64,000 nt of DNA from Podarcis erhardii. Lineage: Eukaryota. Below are positions 1 through 12,088 of this stretch, one piece after another (position 1 is the stretch's first letter; every line of letters begins with the position of its first letter). Below the pieces are notes generated by a model, which saw only the letters and a program-made list of their open reading frames with translations, was not told the origin of the DNA and made no database searches. The position numbers and the translations under genes were made by a program. The stretch lies in assembly GCA_964252035.1 (NCBI GenBank), contig OZ176204.1; one strand, given 5' to 3'.

Positions 1-585
1 TGCTGGCGGTGGGGAGCAAAGCCTTTCGGCCCCCTGCCGGCCTTCCTGGACCTCTTCTGAAGGCTGGAGGGGGGGAGGCTTTGCTCCCCACCGCCAGCAT
101 TTAAAAGAGGTCCCCGGAGATTTCCCGCTGTCCCGGGGCGATTTTAAAGCCCCTGGGAAGGCAGGCGGGGGGGAGCAAAGACTTTTGCCCCCCGCCAACC
201 TTCAGAAGAGGTCCTGGACCTCTTCTGAAGGCCGGCTGGGGGCGAAAGTCTTTGCTCCCCCCCGCCTGCCTTCAAAAGCCGTCCGGGATAGCGGGAAGCG
301 CTTCCCTGCTATCCTGGACCGCTTTTAAAATGCTGGCGGTGGGGAGCAAAGCCTTTTGGCCCCCGCCGGCCTTCCTGGACCTCTTCTGAAGGCCGGGGGG
401 GGGAAAGGCTTTGCTCCCCACCGCCAGCATTTAAAAGAGGTCCCCGGAGATTTCCCTATGGGCTTGCTTCTTGCGAAGCAAGACCATAGGGAAATTCGTC
501 TTGCGAAACGCCTCGAAAAACGGAAAACCCTTTCGTCTTGCGGGTTTTTCGTCTTGCGAGGCATTTGTCTTGCGGGGCACCACTG
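1..585. mobile_element. Non-autonomous Tc1/mariner (pogo/Tigger-like) element, right part; GC-rich palindromic interior
   Basis: Ends ...gtcttgcggggcaccactg followed by TA; subterminal TTCGTCTTGCGA repeats shared with the 48747-48927 MITE; left end lies outside the window. Confidence 0.75.
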
Positions 586-965
586 TATGGTGGAATAATC
601 ATTAGCATGAGACATTCCTTAGGACAGCTAACTTGATTTCTTCACCATAGTTTCATTCTCTGAAGCTTTTATGCACAGTGTGAATTTGTCGTTAAGTTGC
701 CCACACAGCAGGCCTTTGATAACATTATGACCTGACATGCTGTATAGCATGCAGAAAAAGTATAAAATAAAGCACTGTCGGACAGCCAAGAAGATGTCAT
801 ATTTAGTTTATCTCTGCCGGGTCTATGACTGAATCAGTTTTGTATTGTAAACCACAAAAGGACTTGTCATAAATGCTTTAATAGTTCAGTAGGAAAATTG
901 GCATTGTTTATGAAAAAGTAGGGTATGGATGCAAATAACGTTTAACTTTTCCTGTTTCGCTTAAG

Positions 966-1122
966 GATTACCCTCAGAACAATGTATATAGAGTCCCTCC
1001 CAACTATTCACCACTTCCATCTCAAATGATGCACCACCCCCAGTCTGCTTTGTGGGGCTATAATGTTATGGGGCAGCCCCAGCAAGCTGCTTTCTTCGTC
1101 CAGAACCAGCCTCTTCCACCAG
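966..1122 (+). CDS. MED12L: MED12L internal exon (DYPQNNVYRVPPNYSPLPSQMMHHPQSALWGYNVMGQPQQAAFFVQNQPLPPG)
   Basis: Acceptor ttaag|GAT, donor AG|gtaggt; 157 nt, ends phase 1; homologous to MED12L YRVPPNYSP..WGYN. Confidence 0.9.
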
Positions 1123-1815
1123 GTAGGTCTCTGCTTTGTAACGGGCACCAGAACCTTGCTGCATCATACAGAAGCAATATTATTTTTTAGTCCCCCCCCC
1201 CCCCATTCTGCTATCTTCAGAAGGCAGTCATAGTTATGCAAAAGGCAGAAAGAAACAGAAAACAACAGTTAACTGTTGTTAATTATGGTTAAAAGCTGCT
1301 CAACTTCAGGTTTTTTTGTTTTTACTTTGCTATTTGAAAAAGCTCACCTTCCATTTAAATGTCTTGGTAGGATGACGTATCTCTAAGCATTTGGATGCTA
1401 TAGAATTAGTATTTCTGCACTTTGGCAAAGTACACAAGAAAATAAAACTTATTATTATGCATTATATAGTCATTAGGATTGNNNNNNNNNNNNNNNNNNN
1501 NNNNNNNNNNNNNNNNNNNNNNNNNNNNNNNNNNNNNNNNNNNNNNNNNNNNNNNNNNNNNNNNNNNNNNNNNNNNNNNNNNNNNNNNNNNNNNNNNNNN
1601 NNNNNNNNNNNNNNNNNNNNNNNNNNNNNNNNNNNNNNNNNNNNNNNNNNAGTCAAAAAAACATTTGAATTCATTATAAACATGTAACACCAGATGGCGC
1701 CAGAGAGAAAAGAAATTTTTAATGTGATTTTTACATAGCATTTTTTTCCTTTTTGTTATAACGATTTAATTTCTGACTTATTTATAGCGTTTTCTTCCTG
1801 TGTGTTGATCTACCC

Positions 1816-1853
<38 letters not shown>

Positions 1854-2046
1854 ATCTATCATCTATCCCATTGCGTTCACAGGTGGCTCCAGATTGGACC
1901 CTGCCAACTCCTTTGTCCCAAGCAACACAAAACAAGTGCTGTCTAACATGCTGCAGAGGCGTTCTGGTACCATGATGCAGCCACCATCAATTCACGCAAT
2001 TGCTTCGCAGCAGCAGCAGCAGCAACTGCTCCAGATGAAGCTACTT

Positions 2047-2081
<35 letters not shown>

Positions 2082-5000
2082 GCAGCAGCGGCTTCTAAGG
2101 CAGCAAGCCCAGGCAAGGCCTCAACAGCTGCTTTCTTCATCTTTCATTTTAGGAATGCGCTGATCCAGCTGAGCCTCTACTTGATTTAGGATTGTAGGGA
2201 CATAAAACCATACCCAGAACCCAAGTTAGGCTTCATGCACAACATGCAACAAAATCGTAGAATCCTGAGGTGGTAGTGTGAGCTGTAACATTTCACTCTG
2301 TGGATTGGGGTGCCTGTTTCATTCCCCAAGCAATATATTCCCTGCAATTCTCCCTGCAACTGCACCCCCCAAAAAACTGGCATATTAGAAAGGAGTTTCT
2401 GCTCTGCCTGCTATGCAAGTTTGCCGCTTGCTGGAAGGTAGATTAAGAGCCCATTAGCAAGGACTCTCATTCCAAATGTTTGAAAACACTGCTGCAATCT
2501 GTTTTTTTGCTAAGGTAGTCTTATTTGTTTATTTATATACTTTGTGCCTGACTGTGGGTTTTGTGTTTGCTTATGAGACCACATACATCAATGTCTTCAG
2601 TCCCCTTTCCTAATGACACACAACATATTTGTCTGCTGGGCATTGCATCACATTTCTTTTTTGTTTATAAAATGTGTGGATTAATTTTTATAGAATCTTT
2701 GAATTTTAGAGTAGGAAGAGACCCCAGGGGCCATGTTGTCCAGTTCTCTGCTGTATAAACATTTTAACTAAAGCACCAATGGCAGATGACCAGCCAATCT
2801 CTGCTTTAAAATCTCCAATGAAGGCGAGATCACCTCCTTCCAAGGGAGTCAGTTTCACTGTCCAGCAGCTCTTACTGTCAGAAATTCCTTCCTGATGTTT
2901 AATTGGAATCTCCTTTCTTGTAACTTAAATCCATTGATTCGGGTCCATTCTTTTGTTTATTGTGTTATTGCCAGTTTGGGCACTGCTTTCCTTTTAGGTA
3001 AAGGCAAAGGCAAAGCAGGTGTTGAGCTGTTCCGCTTTTTCTGTTACCCAATAGCATTTCTCTGTCTTCTCCATGCAAGGAACCTACTACTGGCTTGTTC
3101 TTCCTCTTCTTTGAACATAGCCAAAGAAACCTTTTTCAAAAGTTATCTTTAACTTCTCTCGCAAACACGATTTGCCTGCACCTGTGCCTTCAATATTTCT
3201 CCTCTTAAGAAATTCCCATCCACCTTGAACTCCTTTTTCTTTAAGAATTTCTGAGCATGGGTCTTCCTTCACCCAGTAGTTCCTTAAGCTTTTTGAAATC
3301 AACCTACTTCAAGTCTAGAGTGCATGGCCAAGTATACTCAGCTTTTCCTTGCCTGGGTATAATGAAAGCCAAGAGGCCATGACCACCTCCGCCCAAGGCT
3401 CCCTATACACTCACTTTATTGGTCACTTCCTCCCTGTAGGAAGTCACTTTCCACAACCACATGTCTCCTCTCTCTGGAGAGTGGACAGAATCATTCTGTA
3501 CACTGTGCCTTCCACCGCCACTTCGGAGAGTTCTGAGGTCTGCAACCGCTGTAGTTGCTCCTCTTGCTCAGAATCAGTGTCCAGGGTGAGGGCATGGAAT
3601 CAGTTTTGTAGCTCCAGAGGCTCAGCATGGTTCCTGACAGTCCTACTTGTGTCCACGGGTTCATGTTCTGCACTAGGTGATCTTTCTCCCCCCTGAGGGG
3701 CACCCTGCTTGCATCTGTGTTCTTGGACAGTCCACTCTGGTAACATCAAATCATCTGGCTCCAAGTTAGTAAGTTCAAAAAAATACCATGGCAAAGAAGC
3801 CAAACTCTTGCAGCTAATGGTAAAGTAAAGGTCAAGGGACCCCTGACCATTAGGTCCAGTCGTGACCGACTCTGGGGTTGTGGCGCTCATCTCGCTTTAC
3901 TGGCCGAGGGAGCCGGCGTACAGCTTCCGGGTCATGTGGCCATCATGACAAAGCCGCTTCTGGCGAACCAGAGCAGCACACGGAAACGCCGTTTACCTTC
4001 CCGCCGGAGCGGTATCTATTTATTTACTTGCACTTTGACGTGCTTTGGAACTGCTAGGTTGGCAGGAGCGGCTAATGGTACATGGCCCACAAATCCATAG
4101 AGGGAAGATGTGAACTAAAATTTCCAAACTCACATGAAGTTATTTCCCCTCCTGCCACTAGATGGCACTGCTCCTCTGTTCTCACTGTCTCTTGTGTGTT
4201 TTCAAAATGTGCCTGCCAGTGGTGGCAGTTTTTCTTGCCAGATATTCCTCTTAATCTAAACTGTTTAGGGTTTGTTACTCAGGATTTCATGGTGGAGCGA
4301 GACTCCCTTAATATTGCTCTCATTTGTTCTTGGAATCTTTTTGACTTGCCCTCTCAGTATCTTTTGTCTTTTCTCTCACACACTTTCCTAAAATCACCAC
4401 CTCAGCTTTAAATCCCCAGGACCAAATCAAATAAAAACGACCAAAGGGTCAGCAGCGTGTTTCCTCAACCAGTTCTCTCCGCGCTGCTGATGTTTGTGTT
4501 TGTGTTGCATCTCACTTGTGTCATTCCTTCAGAGCTCCGTAGGGACTGCTCTCATCCTCTGAAGACTCCCTGCTTCTTCCTGCTTCCTGATGGAAGATGT
4601 TTGGAAGAGTCAGCAGAGCTAGGACTTGCAGGCTTCTTCTCCACCCCACCCCAGCCTTGCCCAATGTCATTCAACCAGGCTGAATAGCTGTTTTGCTGAG
4701 ATTAAACACTCCAGGGAAATGTTCTGGGAGGAAAGCATGAAAGCACCTCAGTAACTGGGTTGAAAGAAGAAAACGTCAAAGGGACATCCTTTTTTTAAAA
4801 AAATGCAGTTAAGAAATTCAGCTATGCACATAATACATAACTCGGCATCACTTGCCTTCAGAAAGAAAAATATTGGAAACATACCAACTTCTGTTCTTAG
4901 GTTGTATTTTAAAATGCCTTGAATGCCTGAACTGTTCACAATGGTGTCCCTAAACATGTAATCTTTAAACTTACAATAAGTAATATGTTTTTTTAATTTG

Positions 5001-6779
5001 TAATTTTTTTGCAGGGTCCGACTATCGACCAGGCTGCTCTTTTTGCTCAACAAATCCGGCCAGCTTCTCAGCTTCCGCAATATCCAGGGATACAGCAGAC
5101 ACAGGTACATAATAATTGGTCTGTGTAGGGAAAGGATGTGCTAAGGCCCTGCCTGTGCCTTACACTGAGATCCAGTCATGTTCAGTGTTCGTTGTACTCG
5201 GAGTAGACCCATTGAAATTTATGGGCATGACTAAACTAGGTCTACTAATTTCAGTGTGGGTCAACTCTTGAGTAGAACAGGGTTGCATACGACCCTGCAG
5301 GTTTTATGAGGGGTTTTAAAACGGCCGGGATCTTTCATGACTCTCCCTTACTTTATAACCCTAAAATCTTAGATTCATAAGTTTAGTAAATATGGGCTAG
5401 TCAGAACTGATGGCATTTTGCATGCAAGAAGATGGGAAACTCGTGCCCTTACCCCCATGACCTTGTGGCCAGAAGATATTATTTGCGTGAATTTATGCTT
5501 TTACATGAAAGCTGTGATTTATGCAGAAGTGAAGCAGCTGGAATGGTGCTGCCACAATCATGCCAGTCCATCCTCTGTGTGGAAACTGCCCTGCATAAAA
5601 GCAGCAGCTTGGAGGTTTCATTTATCGTATATTGCCCAGCCTTTGCTGTGTTGAAAAGGTAGAATAATACGAAACCCGCAAACATGTACGGCTGCAATTT
5701 GAGCCTAGCAAATTCAAAGTAAGCATAATTAAACTATGGGGATTTTTTTTTTTTTTAAGTGTCTGGTTGCTATTTCAAGTAACAGCACAGTATACATTCC
5801 TTGTCATCCTGGTGTGCTGCTTGCTTGCTTGTTTAAAAAATAAATAAAGAGTAATAATGGCAAGCTTTCTTTAGAAGCATCGAAATCAAAGCAACTTGTG
5901 CCTTGCCCTGTTTTTTCGTGCAGACTATTCCTCATGGCTACACAATGTATAGCACTCAGATGCCATTGCAATCACAGCAGGCCGGAGGCATCGTCCTTTC
6001 GCCTACCTACAACTCCAGGGCCTATCAAGCAGCTCATTTGAACCCTGCTCTGATGGAAAGGCTACGGCAGACACAACAACAGCCGAGTGGGTACATTCAT
6101 CAGCAAGCAGCTACCTATCCTCAGCCTTTAACAGGCAACCAGCGGTAAGATGTTTGTCAGGACCTTTGATATCTTGATGTATATAACCTTTGGAAAGAGA
6201 GTTTTGAAAATACAGTAGGTCTGCGAAATGCTGGAAGAAGGTATATGTAGTTGACCAATCTGTAAGGGCTGACAAGCTGTGGATTTTGCCTAACCTCTGA
6301 TGCTGGGTGACAAATCACCCAGAGCCTGATTGGTTCCAAATAATATATAGCCCCAGCTGAGATTTCAGTAGATCTTGCTGCTTCTTGCCGATCTTTACTA
6401 TCTGCAACACGTTGCGTAGCTCCTTTTCATTCTCATGCTGCGTGGGATTAGGCCTCTGATGAATGTCTTTGAAAATTCCCACCCACTGAAAATCCCTACA
6501 AATCCTTTAAACTTGGGCCTTAAATTTGTGCTGCGAGAAGTGAAGCTACAGGGAACCAGTCAGAGGGCCTTATCGGTAGTGGCGCCTGCCCTCTGGAACA
6601 CCATCAGATGTCAAGGAAATAAACAACTATCTGACTTTTAGAAGACATCTGAAGGCAGCCCTGTTTATGGAAGCTTTTAATGTTTGATGTTGTGTCACTT
6701 TTTTATATGTTCTGTTGGGAGCTGCCCAGAGTGACTGGGGAAACCCAGCCAGATGGGCGGGGTATAAATAAATTACCAT

Positions 6780-6811
<32 letters not shown>

Positions 6812-9800
6812 GGGTAGATTTGAATAAATTTACTAAAACCTTCCGTGGTGCAGTTTCTAACGCATTTGTGGGTATGTTGCAGATGATTGGTTGTTCTTTT
6901 TATATGTCAGAACTTCAGCTAATAAAATTGGTTAAATTAATTATCCCTTAGAATTACCCTTTGGTTCCTATAAAGAGAGTTAGAATACATATTAGTGACC
7001 TTTGTAATAAAATGTTTCAAAATGCAGGGCTCGACAGAGCATTTTTCCAAAACCGTAATAGCTATTAAAAGTCTTTGTGCAAACTTCCAGTGCTTCCTTG
7101 AAAGCATCCCTGAGGCTATGGGGCCAGCTGTGGGGACACTTTTGGCTTTCTTTATGCTACAGATGTTTCATTTTGTTGTTGTTGAAGAAGAAAGTAGTCT
7201 TGTTTCTTAGGAAAGTATAAAATGCCAAGACTAAGCCAATGGATTACTAGTGAGTGATGATGACATAATTCCCTGCATTCTTGCAAGGATGGAAATCGTG
7301 GGATAATGGTTGACTTTTCCTCCTCTGATTATTAATCTCAAGATGGATAAGTGATATAATTGCATGTTGATATTACTCAAGAACTGAAAAATTCTATGGA
7401 TTTCAATGTTGATTAGCCATCTTAATTGCCGCAGTTCAAGACTCCCATTGTGGCTGAATTCTAGACCTTAGTCTACATACATAAAGCTTGCAAACGCTTT
7501 CAGATTTTCACCTATATGTGGACTTCTATCAAAGCATTCATGGAGTCCTTTTTCAAAACACTAATATACTCTCTTACCATGAAGAATTCAGCAGTAGGAG
7601 GAGCAGTAGTGGCTGATGAGGTCGCACAGGTGGGGTACATTACTCTCCTGGCTGCCCAGCACAGCAGATTGCTGACTCAGAGGGCGAAGGCAGACATGAG
7701 GTGCAGGGAGCTTGAACCTGTGTAGCACATGGTAGTAGAGCCAAACTGCCACTCTTGCTGTGATGTGCTGCACCAGGCCCAGCTCCTTTGCCTTGCCCCT
7801 CCCCTCTATTTCTCAGTGAATGCCAGTGGCTCACTGTGTTGGGAAGCTGGGACAGCAATGGTGTGTCACTGGCCGCTACTGATGGGAAGACTGCAACCAG
7901 AGCTTTAGTGTATATGTAACTCCTACATGATTTGGGATGACTGCATGTTATAGAAAAGATGGTCTGTATTGTTAACAGTTAATCATAATCTGCTATATCT
8001 CAGTTGCAGCAAATAACAGTTTTGTCCGGTTATTTTTCTGTGATTTATTCAAAAATTACTTTAACCTTCTGATTGATAGACAACAGTAAGCTCTTGCAAT
8101 ATCATTGCCATTTTCAACTTGGCATTCCTTTTTTAAAAACAAACAAACAAACAAACCCAATAACCCTATTTTATCAATCAAACCATTGCCGTCTAAACCA
8201 CTGAGCCTAGGGCTTGCCGATCAGAAGGTTGGCGGTTCAAATCCCCATGACGGGGTGAGCTCCTCTTGTTCAGTCCCAGCTCCTGCCAACCTAGCAGTTC
8301 GAAAGCACGTCAAAGTGCAAGTAGATAAATAGGTACTGCTCCGGCGGGAAGGTAAACAGTGTTTCCATGCGCTGCTCTGGTTCTCCAGAAGCAGCTTAGT
8401 CATGCTAGCCACATGACCCGGAAAAACTGTCTGCGGACAAACGCCGGCTCCCTCGGCCAGTAAAGCGAGATGGGCGCCACAACCCCAGAGTCGTTTGTGA
8501 CTGGACTTAACTATCAGGGGTCCTTTATCTTTACCTTTTTAAAGCGAAAATTGCACATCCTTGACTTAGCGTTCCATCCTCTAATTGCTTCTACACATAT
8601 TCAATAAATATTAATTTATCCAGGCAGCTGCAAAATGTACACGCAATCTTGAAAATATCTTCATTGGCAAATTCTATCCTGCAGTGCTTATAATTGCATT
8701 TAAGTATAATAGCATTTAAATTGAAAGTAAATCCCTAATATGCCTATTTTGTTTCTCTGCATTTGCTCAACCCTGATTGCATTTCCACAGAGGTATATGA
8801 TCAAAGCATTTTGCAACATCTTGGGGGAGATGCGGCAATTCTTCACACAGCAATATAATCCAGAGATTAAAAGCTTCAATTTTTTAATCTAGTACACCCT
8901 TGTCATTGCAGACCGATGAAGTCTCATGCAGTCTACTGATTCTGTGTAATCCCCTTGCTATATAGAATCATAGGATTGTAGAGTTGGAAGGGACCCTGAG
9001 GTCTAGTCCCAACCCCTAGCTATGCAAGAATCTCAATTAAAGCATCCATGACAAATGGTCACCCCACCACTGGAGAGCCAGTGTGGTGTAGTGGTTAAGA
9101 GTGGTAGTCTCGTAATCTGGGGAACCGAGTTCGCGTCTCCACTCCTCCACATGCAGCTGCTGGGTGACCTTGGGCCAGTCACACTTCCTTGAAGTCTCTC
9201 AGCCCCACTCACCTCACAGAGTGTTTGTTGTGGGGGAGGAAGGGAAAGGAGAATGTGAGCCGCTTTGAGACTCCTTAAAGGGAGTGAAAGGCGGGATATC
9301 AAATCCAAACTCTTCTTCTTCTTCTTCTCTGCTTAAAAACCTACAATAAAGGAGAGTCCACCACCTTCTGAGGGAGTCTGTTCCACAGTCAAACCTTACT
9401 GTGAGAAAGATCTTCCTGATGTTTAGTTGGTTTTTCCTGTAACTTGAAGCCATTGATTCAGGACCTACCATCTGGAAAGGGAGAAAAGAAGCTTCCTCTG
9501 ACTTGCACGTGAGAGCCCTTTAGATATTTGGCTCTCCTCTCTCCTCTCAGTCTCCTCTTATCCAGGTTAAATACACCCAACTCCTTCAACTGTTCCACAT
9601 AAGGCTTGGTTTCCAGACCCGATAATCCTTCTCGCCCTCTTCTGCATGCGTTCCAACCTGTCAGCATCCTTCTTAAATTGTGGAGCCCAGAACTGGACAC
9701 GGTATTCCAGACTAATGTAGAGTGGAGCGGTACTGTGACTTTCCTCATTCTAGACACTATACTTCTGTTGATGCATCCTAGAATAGCATTCACTTTTTTT

Positions 9801-12039
9801 GCCGCTGCATCACACTGTTGACTCATGTTGAACTTCTGGTCTGCTGAGACCCACAGATCCTTTTCACGTGCTCTACGGGCAAGCCAGGTGTACCCCAACT
9901 TATGTGTGTGCAGCTGGTGCCTGCATATAGAACCTTACATTTGTCCCTATTGGAATTCATGTTGTTAGTTTTGGCCCAGTTCTCCTATTTGTTAAGGTCC
10001 TATTGAATCATGATTCTGTCTTGTGCTGCGTTAGGTACCCCTCCCAGTTTGGTGACTGTCAGCAGGTTAAATTGAATCCTAATCCTTACCTAAAAAAGGG
10101 ATATTATAGAGCTGGAAGAGGTTCAGAAAAGGGCAACCAAAATGCTCCCCTATGAAGAAAGGCTGCAGCTTTTCTGACTTTTTAGTTTAGATAAAAGACA
10201 ACGTTATTTTGGATTTCATTTCATTTCTGAAAGTTCACATTGCGACTGTTTCTAGTGTATAGTTTTTCAGTAATTAGAACTATTTAAAAAATCAGTAAAG
10301 ATTGCAGTATATAAGAATATAAAAATCAAAATGTTAATAAGATGCTTATATATTTTGACTCTGATAAGAAGCTTTATTTTGCATTTTTCTTCATTTTATC
10401 TATCTTTATTACTTTCAGCAACCTTCAGTCATATTTCATTTGGCTGCTGATACCCTGCTGGAGTTTCAATTTAACGTGCAAGTCTAGAAAATTAAAACTG
10501 GCAGGCTCTCATTTTATTTTCACAACTGTAAATGATGTGCGGTCAATTCTTTTTGCTCAGATTGAGTCATCAGCCTTTGCAGCAGAATCCCTTGGTTGGA
10601 GGGCCACTCGACGCTATTCCAGCCACAGCTTCCCACCCAAACCTTAACTCAGTTCAGATGCCTCAGGAACAGATGAGACAGAGACAACAACAAATTCGAC
10701 AACAGAGACTCCTTCAGGTTTGAAAATTGTCGCCTTTGTGTCACTGTGTGTTTATGCGGGGGGCACTATTCCATGAAATTTTAAGCACTAGGATACTGGA
10801 TGTATTCACATATCATAGTATGCCCTAGTTAAGAGCTTATTGTGAACACACAAATCACTTTCCTTGGTGTTATGCCCAAACTGGGAATCACGGTTTGTTT
10901 CACTCAAGACAAACTACCGCCTGAAGCCACATTTTGTTCCTGACTTCCTGTAGCTTAAGTGAAGGAAACTGTGATGCCCAGTTCAGACAAAGCACTAAGC
11001 CGAGGTTTGTTGGTCCTGCTCACGAGTAAGGAAGGAGCAAAATGGGAGTGCTCTGCTCATTCCTGGTAATCCATAAGCCATGGTTCACTGTGATGTGTGA
11101 ATGTAACCACGGCGTTAGTCCTATCCAGCCCCAAATTGTGTAGTCTGAATGCTAGTGGTCCTCCAAAAGTCTCAGACAGAAGCCTTCCTTAGTAGTTCTT
11201 CCTGAAATTATTTAAGTAGAGATGCCAAGGACTGAATCCGACACTTATGCATACAAATCCCATGCACTAGACTACAGTCGTATCTTGGTTTTTGAACAGC
11301 TTAGTTCCCGAACGTTTTGGCTCCTGAACGCCGCAAACCCGGAAGTGACTGTTCCGGTTTGCAAACTATTTTTGGAAGCTGAACATCCGATGGGGCTTCC
11401 ATGGCTTCTGATTGGCTGCAAGAGCTTCCTGCAGCCAATCAGAAGCCGCTCTTTGGTTTCCAAATGTTTTGGAAGTTGAACAGACTTCCGGAACAGATTC
11501 CGTTCAACTTCCATGGTATGACTGTATTTAGCTACGCACCTATTCATATTTGTGTGTCTGCATTGCTTTCTTAGGGCCTGTCTTCTTCTCTCAAATTTAC
11601 GTTTTACTGCTCTTAATTTTATAAGCCTCTTAGATAGAAAAGAAGGGTCAAAATAATAAGAAAGCTCAAGTGTCACCCCTACTCTCAAAAAAGGATTTTG
11701 TTTAAATTGTTGCTAGATGTGTAGCTGACCTTTTCCAAAGGGCTTCAGCAATTTTCTATGTACATGTGAAAACATGTATATAGTTGAATTAAAATAACAG
11801 GACAAGGGCTGTAGTTAAGGAAGCATTAGATATTTATCTGCTGGGAGAAAATGGTTTTGAAAGTTTGTCAAAGTATAACATGCAGTTGGTGAAGGGAACC
11901 TTAAAATATCTTATCATAGTTCATGAACACAGCTTATTGAAAGCAACATCCCTTTGTTCTTAAAGGCAACTTTGTTATTGTCTTTCTATGACAGCATCAT
12001 AGGTAGTATTATAGTCACATTGGCCATATTTTTGCAGTT

Positions 12040-12088
<49 letters not shown>

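Noticed and set aside
1482-1650. N gap possibly hiding a MED12L exon
   Set aside because: The flanking exons join in frame (PPG|GSRLDP) and colinearly with the recalled human protein, so no exon is needed.
1943-2140. Antisense polyalanine and polyleucine ORFs (also 11975-12376)
   Set aside because: Reverse-strand readings of the CAG tracts with no supporting signals.
2113-2152. Polypyrimidine tract plus AG at 2151-2152 as the acceptor of a mini-intron
   Set aside because: It would give a 40-nt intron, below the usual vertebrate minimum, and does not restore the downstream MED12L frame.
9458-9898. 146-aa ORF as a host gene
   Set aside because: It is a frameshifted CR1 reverse-transcriptase C-terminal remnant.
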